DNA of 64,000 nucleotides from an uncultured virus (IMG/VR IMGVR_UViG_3300025887_000015) (Duplodnaviria; Heunggongvirae; Uroviricota; Caudoviricetes): IMG/VR virus record IMGVR_UViG_3300025887_000015, positions 1 to 64,000 of that record; one strand, 5' to 3'. Shown piece by piece: positions 40,264 to 49,117 of this stretch (position 1 is its first letter; each line of letters starts with the position of its first letter). The notes under the pieces were generated by a model. It saw only the letters and a program-made list of their open reading frames with translations, ran no database searches and was not told where the DNA came from. The position numbers and the translations under genes were made by a program.

Positions 40264-40324
40264 ATGTTTCTTATATTATTACAAATATACAAAAATTAAT
40301 TTGATTTACCTTAAAATTGGGAAT

Positions 40325-40350
40325 AAAAAAGCACCCATTGGGTGCTTTTT
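40325..40350. terminator. Intrinsic terminator
   Basis: AAAAAGCACCC-ATT-GGGTGCTTTTT. Confidence 0.75.
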
Positions 40351-40354
40351 ATGA

Positions 40355-40888
40355 TTATCCTCCATTACAGAGCCTGTCGGCTCCCGAACTTGCGGCATAT
40401 GCGTCGGGCTTAATTTTATATGTAAAGTTCATACCTTTACAGAAACCTACAACCTCTGTAAGAGCAACATTAGATGCCCACATTGGGTTAGGATTAACAT
40501 CAGCATGGATTTCCATGTCAATATCATATAATTCAACTAAATCAAGTATATGAAAACAAACATTAATAGACATTTGAACTTCTTTTAACATCCTTTCTCT
40601 TATAGTAGGTTTTCGTTTTTCAGTGAAAACACCAGAAATTACTTTAGCCCCAATACCTTTATAAACAATATTACCACCACCCATATTAACGGGGGATTTC
40701 ATTTCAATTATAATAGCAGTTGCGTATTTAAACCCTTTACCATTTTTTTGTGAATCCGTACCAACACAGATTTTAAGTTTATTACCTATTTCGTGTTGCT
40801 CATCGATTATTTTTTCTAAATAATCAACTAATGGTTCCTTGATATCACCGTGGTGTACCCTCTTCCAAATCATGTCTTTTAATTCCAT
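40355..40888 (-). CDS. RNase H-like YkuK/DUF458 family protein
   Basis: ICVGTDSQ, EIHADVN, KPDAYAASSGADR. Confidence 0.8.
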   Translation of the reverse strand: MELKDMIWKRVHHGDIKEPLVDYLEKIIDEQHEIGNKLKICVGTDSQKNGKGFKYATAIIIEMKSPVNMGGGNIVYKGIGAKVISGVFTEKRKPTIRERMLKEVQMSINVCFHILDLVELYDIDMEIHADVNPNPMWASNVALTEVVGFCKGMNFTYKIKPDAYAASSGADRLCNGG

Positions 40889-40945
40889 TTCTTTTTTATT
40901 TATAATTAACTAAATGAATAAATAAAAACAAAAGAGGGTATGTAG

Positions 40946-42391
40946 TTATTTACTCATTATTTTATCGAATTGATTTACAATTATACTAGGAAATAATTCA
41001 CTAGCCTCTTCAAACAATTCATTATCAACTGATAAAATTTCCAGTGAACCACCGTTAGCTTTATCTAATTGACCTAATTCTTCAGGTAAACCCTTTATCG
41101 AGTTACCAGTTAAAGATAATACCCTTAACTTTTTTAAATTACCAATAGTCTTGGGTATAGTTTTTAATTTATTATTAGTTAACGTTAACATAGTTAACTC
41201 TTTTAATGCTCCCACACTTGGGTCTATTCTTTCTAACTTACAATTAACTAAATATAATAATTTTAAGTTACTAAATTTACTAATATCTGGGGTTTCAGAT
41301 ATATTAAATCCATGAAACCTTAATTGTTTAGTGTCATCTGGATATATCTCAAATATTACATCAACAAATCCAAATTCGAATAACGCATTTATATACTTGT
41401 TATTTAATTTATTAAATTTACACTCCATGGTCAATTTAACCAATGAATTGTAAAAGTATTTTTTTAACCCAATATTACCACTAATCAACGATGGAATATC
41501 TTTAATTCTTCCATCTTTTCTGTTCATAAATTGACCACTTTCAAAATGAAATTGATAAATATCATCAGTTTTATTAGGATTACCATCTTCTAACAAATAT
41601 GTTTTAAAAATAAGTACATGTAATGTACTCTTTTTTCCCGTTGGTGTTTTATAATTCTTAATATAACTCTTATGAGTATCTTTATTAGATGTGGTACACC
41701 AATTGGTTAATTTTGCAAATAACCTACTAGCTTTAATCGTAATTGGATTGAAAATTATTACATATCTATCTTCGTAAGGAATGGCACCATGCTTTAACTT
41801 GGCCATAATCCTAATATCCCTTTCCAATTTACTAACGTCCTTTTCAATAAAAGGGTCAACTGCATCAAATAATTGGGATAAATCCCTATACTGATTAATA
41901 TCTGATGGGTCAGTAATATTAGCAAACGCTAAATTACGTCTGCACATTGCTTTAAACTTTGGTTTATGTCTATTCTTATGAAATACCTCAAGATAATCAG
42001 AAGCTAACCATAAATCCTCGCTAACAAACATTAACGCTTGCATTAATTCATTCTCTTTTATCAATCTAGTAAATGTCGTCAACATCCATTGAACATATTC
42101 TTTATGTTCAGTCGGGTCGTTTTGAACAACATCAATAAAAACAAAATCAGCAATCCTAATTTTCTTTGGAACCTTAGCACCAGTATTTTTTAATAAACGT
42201 TGGTTAAATGTATATAAAGCATATAACTGGTTTTCACCAGTGTCCTTTATATTATATAAATGTTCATACTGTTCATTATTTGACAAGTAAAAGTCTTTCT
42301 TAACCAATTTATCAAGGTCTTCATCATCGAAGACATCAAATTTCTTAGCCAAAAATTCGATACGTTTAATAGGATTTTTTTGTTTACTCAA
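40946..42391 (-). CDS. Leucine-rich repeat protein
   Basis: C-terminal LxxLxLxxNxLxxIPxxIGxL repeats; N-terminal WCT...QFHFESGQFM domain. Confidence 0.75.
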   Translation of the reverse strand: MSKQKNPIKRIEFLAKKFDVFDDEDLDKLVKKDFYLSNNEQYEHLYNIKDTGENQLYALYTFNQRLLKNTGAKVPKKIRIADFVFIDVVQNDPTEHKEYVQWMLTTFTRLIKENELMQALMFVSEDLWLASDYLEVFHKNRHKPKFKAMCRRNLAFANITDPSDINQYRDLSQLFDAVDPFIEKDVSKLERDIRIMAKLKHGAIPYEDRYVIIFNPITIKASRLFAKLTNWCTTSNKDTHKSYIKNYKTPTGKKSTLHVLIFKTYLLEDGNPNKTDDIYQFHFESGQFMNRKDGRIKDIPSLISGNIGLKKYFYNSLVKLTMECKFNKLNNKYINALFEFGFVDVIFEIYPDDTKQLRFHGFNISETPDISKFSNLKLLYLVNCKLERIDPSVGALKELTMLTLTNNKLKTIPKTIGNLKKLRVLSLTGNSIKGLPEELGQLDKANGGSLEILSVDNELFEEASELFPSIIVNQFDKIMSK

Positions 42392-42447
42392 AACAATTTA
42401 CTCTTTAATTTACAAATATATACAAAAAAATCGGAATAAACAAACGT

Positions 42448-42777
42448 TTAGTCAAATAATTTCATAATGTCTTTATCAATAAAATAACTAATCTGCCCTA
42501 ATAAATAACCTAATGTGGGTTTAGATTCTTCCCTTGTGATTAATTCTTCTAATATTAAATTAGGGCATTCACCAACGCAAATTCTAATCTCAAACTCATC
42601 ATATAAATGTTGATAACCTAAATCAATAAACTCCCCAAGGACTTCATTGTAAGTTATGATACGGTCAATTTCAATATCAGTGAATAATTTATTAATGGAA
42701 CTGCTTCTAAAAGCTTCGTGAATTCTACCTGAGAACTTGTCTCCCAAGGTAGTAAGGTTTTGATTTTTAAATTTCAT
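42448..42777 (-). CDS. Hypothetical protein
   Basis: 109 aa; late motif at 42802. Confidence 0.5.
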   Translation of the reverse strand: MKFKNQNLTTLGDKFSGRIHEAFRSSSINKLFTDIEIDRIITYNEVLGEFIDLGYQHLYDEFEIRICVGECPNLILEELITREESKPTLGYLLGQISYFIDKDIMKLFD

Positions 42778-42910
42778 ACTATTACCTTTTTTAAGTTATA
42801 GATAAATATCAAATCAATATCCTAAACATCAATAAAATTTACTTTTATTTATAAAAAAAACCTATCGTTTATAAATAAATGATAGGCTAGATTATAGTTA
42901 ATTGATTAAC

Positions 42911-43246
42911 TTATTTTTTCCGTCTCATACCCGTCTCTTTATCATAATCACCATAATACCAACCTTCAATACAATCATTTATTTCCGACTTGCTAATTCC
43001 AGCAAATTTATGAGTAATATAATCAGCTAATGCCTGTGGCGTAATCGATGACCCATCAATCTTTTTATTGATTAATGGTTGATTATAAAATTCATTAGCC
43101 ATCTTCTTAACTCCCATTGATGGCTCATAGTCAACATCCAAGAATTCGTGAATCTTATTTTTCAATCTGACATTAGCCATATTCTCACTAACATAGTTAC
43201 TGATGATACCTAATTGCCTTTTATTTATGATTAATTTTTTACTCAT
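42911..43246 (-). CDS. Hypothetical late protein
   Basis: KKLIINKRQL...VSE N-terminus; late motif at 43251. Confidence 0.55.
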   Translation of the reverse strand: MSKKLIINKRQLGIISNYVSENMANVRLKNKIHEFLDVDYEPSMGVKKMANEFYNQPLINKKIDGSSITPQALADYITHKFAGISKSEINDCIEGWYYGDYDKETGMRRKK

Positions 43247-43301
43247 ACTAATAAATATACATTATAAATGAAAAAACCCTCTTTTAGGAGGGTTTATATC
43301 G

Positions 43302-43616
43302 TTAAAGATTTTTTAAGATTTCTTCTATCTCCACTTTTGATTTAACTCCCGATACACGCTCAACAGCCTCACCATCTTTGAAAAATACTAATGTCGGTAT
43401 TCCTCTAATCCCAAATTTAGCCGCTAAATCTGAATTGTCATCAACATTTATTTTTCCAATAATAGTACTGTCACTATCGTTTTCTTTGGCCAAATCATCT
43501 ACGACTGGTCCCATCATTTTACAGGGTCCACACCATGGTGCCCAAAAATCTACTACTACCACTTCTTTTTCCGATAATAGAGAATCAAAATTCTTACTTG
43601 TAATTTCTAATGCCAT
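43302..43616 (-). CDS. trxA: Thioredoxin
   Basis: VDFWAPWCGPC, GIRGIPT. Confidence 0.95.
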   Translation of the reverse strand: MALEITSKNFDSLLSEKEVVVVDFWAPWCGPCKMMGPVVDDLAKENDSDSTIIGKINVDDNSDLAAKFGIRGIPTLVFFKDGEAVERVSGVKSKVEIEEILKNL

Positions 43617-43714
43617 ATTTTTTAAATTTTTTTTAATTGCCTTTTTGGCAAAGGCTTATTATTATCAAAGATAACAAATTTATGTAGATAATCCAACTAT
43701 TTATTAGTAAAGTT

Positions 43715-43978
43715 ATGCACAAAAATATTATAATCGACTTTATTAAATCTGAATTCCCTATCAAGAGAACCAGAGACCACCGTAATAAGTGGGCTAATGC
43801 TATCATCATTCCTGAAGGTTATCTTAGAAAAGATAGAAAACACTACCCTATTAAACAAACCCTCAATAAAGCTATGATAGCTTCGGATATTATCCAAATT
43901 ATTATTAACATTTTTGCTTGTGATGAAAAATATGCAAAAGAATTGGTTATAAATTATTTAACCAATATTAGGTTATAA
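43715..43978 (+). CDS. Hypothetical protein
   Basis: 87 aa; TATTTAT at 43698. Confidence 0.5.
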   Translation: MHKNIIIDFIKSEFPIKRTRDHRNKWANAIIIPEGYLRKDRKHYPIKQTLNKAMIASDIIQIIINIFACDEKYAKELVINYLTNIRL

Positions 43979-44248
43979 TTTATTACAAGTACAATTTTCA
44001 CTTTTTTCACGACAACCAAGACACCTAGTTTTTAAAAACTCTGAAAAAGGTATGCCCATCTTTGTAGCATCCCTCGATAACTTGAATAATAAGTAAAATC
44101 TAAATACCAAATATATAATCATCACAAATGCAGACACTAATGTGAAGAAATTTATTTCCTCACATATAATCATGTAAATTTGACTGGTTATTATTCCTAA
44201 TATTAATGCCTTATATATAAAGGCTATTATATCTTCCTTACTCTTCAT
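43973..44248 (-). CDS. Two-TM membrane protein with Cys-rich tail
   Basis: Two hydrophobic stretches; CLGC...CTC. Confidence 0.5.
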   Translation of the reverse strand: MKSKEDIIAFIYKALILGIITSQIYMIICEEINFFTLVSAFVMIIYLVFRFYLLFKLSRDATKMGIPFSEFLKTRCLGCREKSENCTCNKL

Positions 44249-44322
44249 GTTTGTTCGATGTTTACACTATAAATAGCTTGACTTTTCTCTAAAATTGTGT
44301 ATATTCTATATTAATTATCTAT

Positions 44323-44865
44323 ATGGCATATTATAAATTTAAAGAAGACCTTATCGAAGGTGAAGACGGTGAAATAACAGTGATAGAACACCTTAAAAAA
44401 CTTGGGGGAACCCTGTTACACCAGAATAAAGATAATCGATATGACGCTCTTATCGAAAGAAATGGTGAAAAAATAAAATACGAAATTAAGACAGATGTCT
44501 ACTGTGAACCACATTCCGATAGAGGAAATTTATTCGTAGAAGTAGAATGTAGAGGTAAAAAATCTGGCATTATAGTGACCGAAGCCGAATGGTTCGTTAC
44601 ATACTTTAAATACCTTAACGAAATCTGGTACATTAAAACCAAAGACCTATTAAAGTTAATAGAAGAAAATTCAGAAACATTATATAAAACTAAAAACTCA
44701 GGTGATGCTAATTCTGGAACTTCAGGGTGGCTTATCCCAAGACATAACTTCTTAAATAACTTTAAAGTATATGATTCCAAAACCCTTCAAAGAAAAACAA
44801 TAGTTAAAAAAGGCGAAAAAGGAAAAATAGATTATCAAAGATTAATGAAATTGTTAAATAAATAA
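44323..44865 (+). CDS. PD-(D/E)xK nuclease-like protein
   Basis: GE...YD.LI...YEIKTD...GNLFVE. Confidence 0.6.
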   Translation: MAYYKFKEDLIEGEDGEITVIEHLKKLGGTLLHQNKDNRYDALIERNGEKIKYEIKTDVYCEPHSDRGNLFVEVECRGKKSGIIVTEAEWFVTYFKYLNEIWYIKTKDLLKLIEENSETLYKTKNSGDANSGTSGWLIPRHNFLNNFKVYDSKTLQRKTIVKKGEKGKIDYQRLMKLLNK

Positions 44866-44868
44866 TAT

Positions 44869-45225
44869 ATGAAAAAACTTAAACTAAAATTACCAAACGT
44901 AGTAGATAATACTAGAATATTAATCGCTTTAAATAAAATAACTTCTGAACAATCATGGCGTTTTGAAACTGATGACTTCGGTAATAAAACTAATAAACTA
45001 TATGAAGTATCCAATTTTATTGAAGAAGAAGTGGATATGAACCATATATATTTTAATGATATGGTCCCAGATAATAGAATAATTGAATTACCAACTTTTC
45101 TAAAAAATAAAGAAATACTTGTAAGAGCTAGAACCCTTGAAGATGTACCCATGTATTCAGTTGACCATAAAGTTATTCTAACTGAAGATACTACACTAAT
45201 GATAATGCAAAAAATAGATTATTAA
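44869..45225 (+). CDS. Hypothetical protein
   Basis: 118 aa. Confidence 0.5.
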   Translation: MKKLKLKLPNVVDNTRILIALNKITSEQSWRFETDDFGNKTNKLYEVSNFIEEEVDMNHIYFNDMVPDNRIIELPTFLKNKEILVRARTLEDVPMYSVDHKVILTEDTTLMIMQKIDY

Positions 45226-45226
45226 T

Positions 45227-45812
45227 ATGAAGAAACCAAAATTAACAATAGAATTGATACCATCAACATCATTTTATACAAACGTTAGAAGTATTTTACC
45301 AACAAAAGACTGGGATAGATTGAGGAAAGAGTCATATATAAAGGCAAATTTTAAATGTCAAATATGTGGTGATGTGGGAACCAATCAAGGTTATAGACAT
45401 AAATTAGAGTGTCATGAGATATGGGTTTATCAAAAGGACGGTGTGCAACTTCTTAAGGAATTAGTGAGTTTGTGCCCCTAGATGTCATCAAGTAAAACAT
45501 ATAGGTAGAAGTATGGCAGTAGGTCTAAAATCAAAAGTGTTTACACATATAGGAAAAGTTAATAAATGGAAGAAAGCTGAAGTAATAGCTTATGTAGGAT
45601 ATTGCTTCCAAGAACATAAAGAACGCTCTAAAATTAAATGGAAAATAAATATCGAAATCCTAACTGAAAAATTTGGCGTGGATAAAAAATTAATCGATGA
45701 AGGACTTAGAAGTAAAACACTTGGTAAACCAACATGGAAAAAAAAGAAGAAAAAGAAAAAAAGAAAGACCGTCTCAACTAAGAAACGGCCCACTAAAAAA
45801 AGAAGGAAATAA
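45227..45812 (+). pseudogene. HNH endonuclease split by a +1 frameshift (pseudogene or recoded gene)
   Basis: CQICG...LECHE...LCP* continues in the +1 frame as RCHQVKH. Confidence 0.7.
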
Positions 45813-46002
45813 CGGGACAAAAAAAGTAATCATTAATTGTAGGTTATTTTGTTATTCCCTTATATTATATTCTGATTCTCATCCCATGTATCATATATAC
45901 TCTGAATATTCCTATTTCTACGATTCTTCTTGTGTCTCATATCTATCTTTATTGCAAATATCATCGACACTAATCCTATTATAGGTATTATAAAATAAAT
46001 CA

Positions 46003-46293
46003 TCAATTCCTAAATATTTTATGTTCCTCTGAATACATATCACCACCTAAACCACTTATGTTAAATATCTCTGGCCAAAATATTAACCCAATTAATATGA
46101 TGAATGTAAAAATAATTAAAGTTATTGATAATACTAATACCAATTTTAAAAACCAATTACTCTTATTACCACTATCCAATACAGATTTACCACATAATGG
46201 ACATCTATATAATTTTCCAAAATCACCAATCTCAAGAAGCTCTAAATGATGCCCCATACAATCGTTGTTCATGTCGTTAGGAATCTTTTTCAT
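46003..46293 (-). CDS. Zn-ribbon/TM small protein
   Basis: C..H...CPLC then a TM segment. Confidence 0.5.
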   Translation of the reverse strand: MKKIPNDMNNDCMGHHLELLEIGDFGKLYRCPLCGKSVLDSGNKSNWFLKLVLVLSITLIIFTFIILIGLIFWPEIFNISGLGGDMYSEEHKIFRN

Positions 46294-46466
46294 ACCTTTT
46301 TAAATAATTTTATTATCCATTTAATAATACTTTTAATATGTACATAATAACATAATGGCCATATAATTCCACCAAAAATAGAATCAGACCAACTCTCCAT
46401 TAAAATTAACCTGGTATACACACATGAATATAAGGCAATTGAAAAATATATTATTAATATTATCAT
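46290..46466 (-). CDS. 58-aa membrane peptide, apparently leaderless
   Basis: TATATTTG-TAAT-ATG; hydrophobic; ATGA overlap with the next gene. Confidence 0.45.
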   Translation of the reverse strand: MIILIIYFSIALYSCVYTRLILMESWSDSIFGGIIWPLCYYVHIKSIIKWIIKLFKKV

Positions 46467-46506
46467 ATTACAAATATATAACTTTTATGTTAATATACAA
46501 AATTTT

Positions 46507-46788
46507 TTAATAAATATTTTTTAAATTGAAAACTATTGAATATTCTGTAGCTAATAATTTTAATGAATTATAAAAATCTTTTTGAGTGTGTTTGAATTTT
46601 ATTTCACCTGACCATTTATATAATGGACATAATATATTATTATCATTGCAAATGTCCCTAACCAAATATAATGTGTCTTCAGTAAGGGGAGTGAAACTAT
46701 TAGACTCATATCGTAATAAATATAAATCTTTCTCGGTCCGTGAAGTTAACCTCTTTAATTTTGACTTAGCTATTATAGTGTTACACAT
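46507..46788 (-). CDS. Hypothetical protein
   Basis: 93 aa. Confidence 0.4.
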   Translation of the reverse strand: MCNTIIAKSKLKRLTSRTEKDLYLLRYESNSFTPLTEDTLYLVRDICNDNNILCPLYKWSGEIKFKHTQKDFYNSLKLLATEYSIVFNLKNIY

Positions 46789-46839
46789 ACCTATAAGTAT
46801 AGCATTTTATAACAATGTTTTAATATTGTTAATAAATAT

Positions 46840-47067
46840 CTACTTTTTAATATCTAACCAATTAATTAATCCTAATTTATCTATATTTGATAAATCGCTG
46901 CAAAGCTCCTTGATTAAATCAATTTTTAAGTTAGAATCCTGTCCCTTAAGATAAGAATAAATGTCGTATGTACTAACACCCTCTATTATTACATATTCAT
47001 TATTATTGTAATTAACGATTGTAATACTATCACCATGTAGTTCCACCGCACCCTTAATTTGTTTCAT
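46840..47067 (-). CDS. Hypothetical protein
   Basis: 75 aa, coupled. Confidence 0.5.
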   Translation of the reverse strand: MKQIKGAVELHGDSITIVNYNNNEYVIIEGVSTYDIYSYLKGQDSNLKIDLIKELCSDLSNIDKLGLINWLDIKK

Positions 47068-47426
47068 TAATAACTATCTATCACACTCTTTATTATTTGG
47101 TCAAACTTAGCTTTTGTGGCTAAATCTAATGTCGAAATAGCATTATGTGTCCTTAAATCATATAAAGATACCATCTTATTATCACCACGTTTTTTAGGCT
47201 TATTCTGAGTTATAGTTAATGGACCTTCTGGCTCCTTTTTATCACCACCCTTAATCTTATATAACTGATTGTATAAGTCTTTAATATAAATAGTCTCACC
47301 ACTACCCCTTTTACCCTTTAATTTTAATTCAATCTCTTGCTCAGATGTTAAAATTATTATAATCTCCTTATTATTAACCCTCTCCGTGCTCTCACGTATT
47401 AAATTTTTATTTAAAATAGTCGCCAT
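47067..47426 (-). CDS. Hypothetical protein
   Basis: 119 aa. Confidence 0.55.
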   Translation of the reverse strand: MATILNKNLIRESTERVNNKEIIIILTSEQEIELKLKGKRGSGETIYIKDLYNQLYKIKGGDKKEPEGPLTITQNKPKKRGDNKMVSLYDLRTHNAISTLDLATKAKFDQIIKSVIDSY

Positions 47427-47688
47427 TTCTTAAATCTTTAAATAATTTATTAATCCTCAATTCTCCTAAAATATTAAACTCTTCATTTGTTATTGGTCGA
47501 ACCATATTTATTATTTCACCAAAACTCATGCGCTCATGGGGTAAAAAATTAATAACCTGTCTATGTAATATCTTATCAACCTTAATCCTCTCAGAATATG
47601 TTAATGAATTATATATTAACTCATTCCTCTGATTCCAACCATTAATTACTTTATAATTACTTTTTGACTTTACCAACTTAAATTCCAT
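47407..47688 (-). CDS. Hypothetical protein
   Basis: 93 aa. Confidence 0.5.
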   Translation of the reverse strand: MEFKLVKSKSNYKVINGWNQRNELIYNSLTYSERIKVDKILHRQVINFLPHERMSFGEIINMVRPITNEEFNILGELRINKLFKDLRNGDYFK

Positions 47689-47991
47689 AATTTTTTATTT
47701 TATACCTTCCGAAGGAAGGACGGCCATACAAACACCTTACCCCTTATCACCATTTCGATAATATATTATGAATAAAATAGGCGTTAATATTACTATTATA
47801 ATGTTAGCTAATATCTCAATCATCCCTTCTCTTAAATATTATTAATAATATTATTAAAGTTAATGGCCATATCAAACTTAATCCAACACGTATCATCCTA
47901 TCATTATCAGAATTGAAAATTTCCTTGCCACTAATCTTATCAATACTTAATAACATTAAATATATTATTAATGAAATGACCAAATATGTTA

Positions 47992-48225
47992 TCATCCCTT
48001 AGAAATACGATTTAAATTGCTGATAATAGCATCCATGAATGCCTTGAACTCTGGTGAATCAGTCTTTACCAATCCTATGTTCCTAACATCTACCAACATC
48101 TCTTTATCACTGTTTGGAAGTGATAAATAAATCTGCTGATATTCATATTCCTCACTCCATGCATATCGTACATTAAATTCCTTGAAATGAAATGCAATCA
48201 TATCTATTAATTGTCCGTATCTCAT
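47992..48225 (-). CDS. Hypothetical protein
   Basis: 77 aa. Confidence 0.5.
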   Translation of the reverse strand: MRYGQLIDMIAFHFKEFNVRYAWSEEYEYQQIYLSLPNSDKEMLVDVRNIGLVKTDSPEFKAFMDAIISNLNRISKG

Positions 48226-48346
48226 CTTAATTATCCCCTAATTTGTTACTACCACTTCGTGTATCCCACCAAGCTTTTATTAACCTATAATAATAACCTA
48301 ATACAAAACCAATTGCTAATACTAATAATTTTACCATCTTTTATTC

Positions 48347-48944
48347 TTATTTAAATTTATCTTTATCTCCTAATTGTGGATACATTAATGCTATATAACT
48401 TAATCCACCCATGATTGAATATGTGAGCATCCAAAACCAACCAAATGGCCATACATCTGAATATATCAAATATGCTCCCCATAACATAACTATAACAAAT
48501 GCTAATATCCCTCCAGATATGTTTTCCCACCTATCTCTATTCATAATGTTTTATTTATTATATGTTGACCCCTAGCTACACCAATAATCCCAATAATAAC
48601 CATAACATAATTAAAATAATTCTTAGGGTCATTAAATATCGCTCCAAATGACAATACTTCAACCCAAAAACTAATCCCAATAATTATTAATCCCCAAATA
48701 AATCTCCTTGTCTCAATATTCATTTTAATCCCCTCTGATTTCTGGTCCATAAATCTAATAAACCACCATATAAACAAATAATACCAATAAGAAATAAAGG
48801 TAAAAATATATTTATACCCCAATCTATTGGACCACCACTAATATAATCAAATAATACCATTATAGTAATCACTATAATATATGTTATTGATAATTTTATT
48901 AAATTATTCATTAATCTTGATTCCATAATTATAACTTTATGCAA
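48347..48944 (-). CDS. Cluster of three small membrane proteins (48347..48544, ~48541..48723, ~48720..48926)
   Basis: Overlapping hydrophobic ORFs downstream of a TATCTTTG promoter box. Confidence 0.45.
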
Positions 48945-49117
48945 AGATATAAAATTATTTCCATATAAACAACTTTATTTCGTGATATCTAATTATTTTT
49001 CAAAAATTTTCCCAAAAAATTTTTTGAGGGTCACGATTTTAAGGGGGTACCCTTTTCTATACAGGGGAACGACTTCTAAAATTTGTTTTATTGAAAATTA
49101 TTAAGTATATTTGTCAT

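Larger units (their letters stand above)
39355..40269. repeat. 42-bp direct repeat, 4 exact copies plus 1 partial (stop + 12-nt spacer + leader codons)
   Basis: ACCTCTTGAAATCTTTATATTCATATGTTTTATTTTTTAACC at 39355, 39622, 39889 and 40021; variant at 40240. Confidence 0.9.

Noticed and set aside
39355..40269. CRISPR array (42-bp direct repeats with variable spacers)
   Set aside because: The spacers are 90-225 bp of low-complexity codon repeats, the repeat is non-palindromic and equals stop+spacer+start codons, and no cas genes are present.
39075..40304. His/Asn/Gln-rich, Thr/Ile-rich and Met/Val-rich ORFs in other frames
   Set aside because: These are shadow frames of the (GGT-NNN)n repeat. 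Only the Gly frame has consistent ATG, stop, A-rich leader and promoter.
45479..45481. Amber (TAG) reassignment as in recoded Bacteroidota phages
   Set aside because: Core genes are intact in code 11, TAG serves as a real stop elsewhere, and in-frame readthrough here does not restore the HNH motif.
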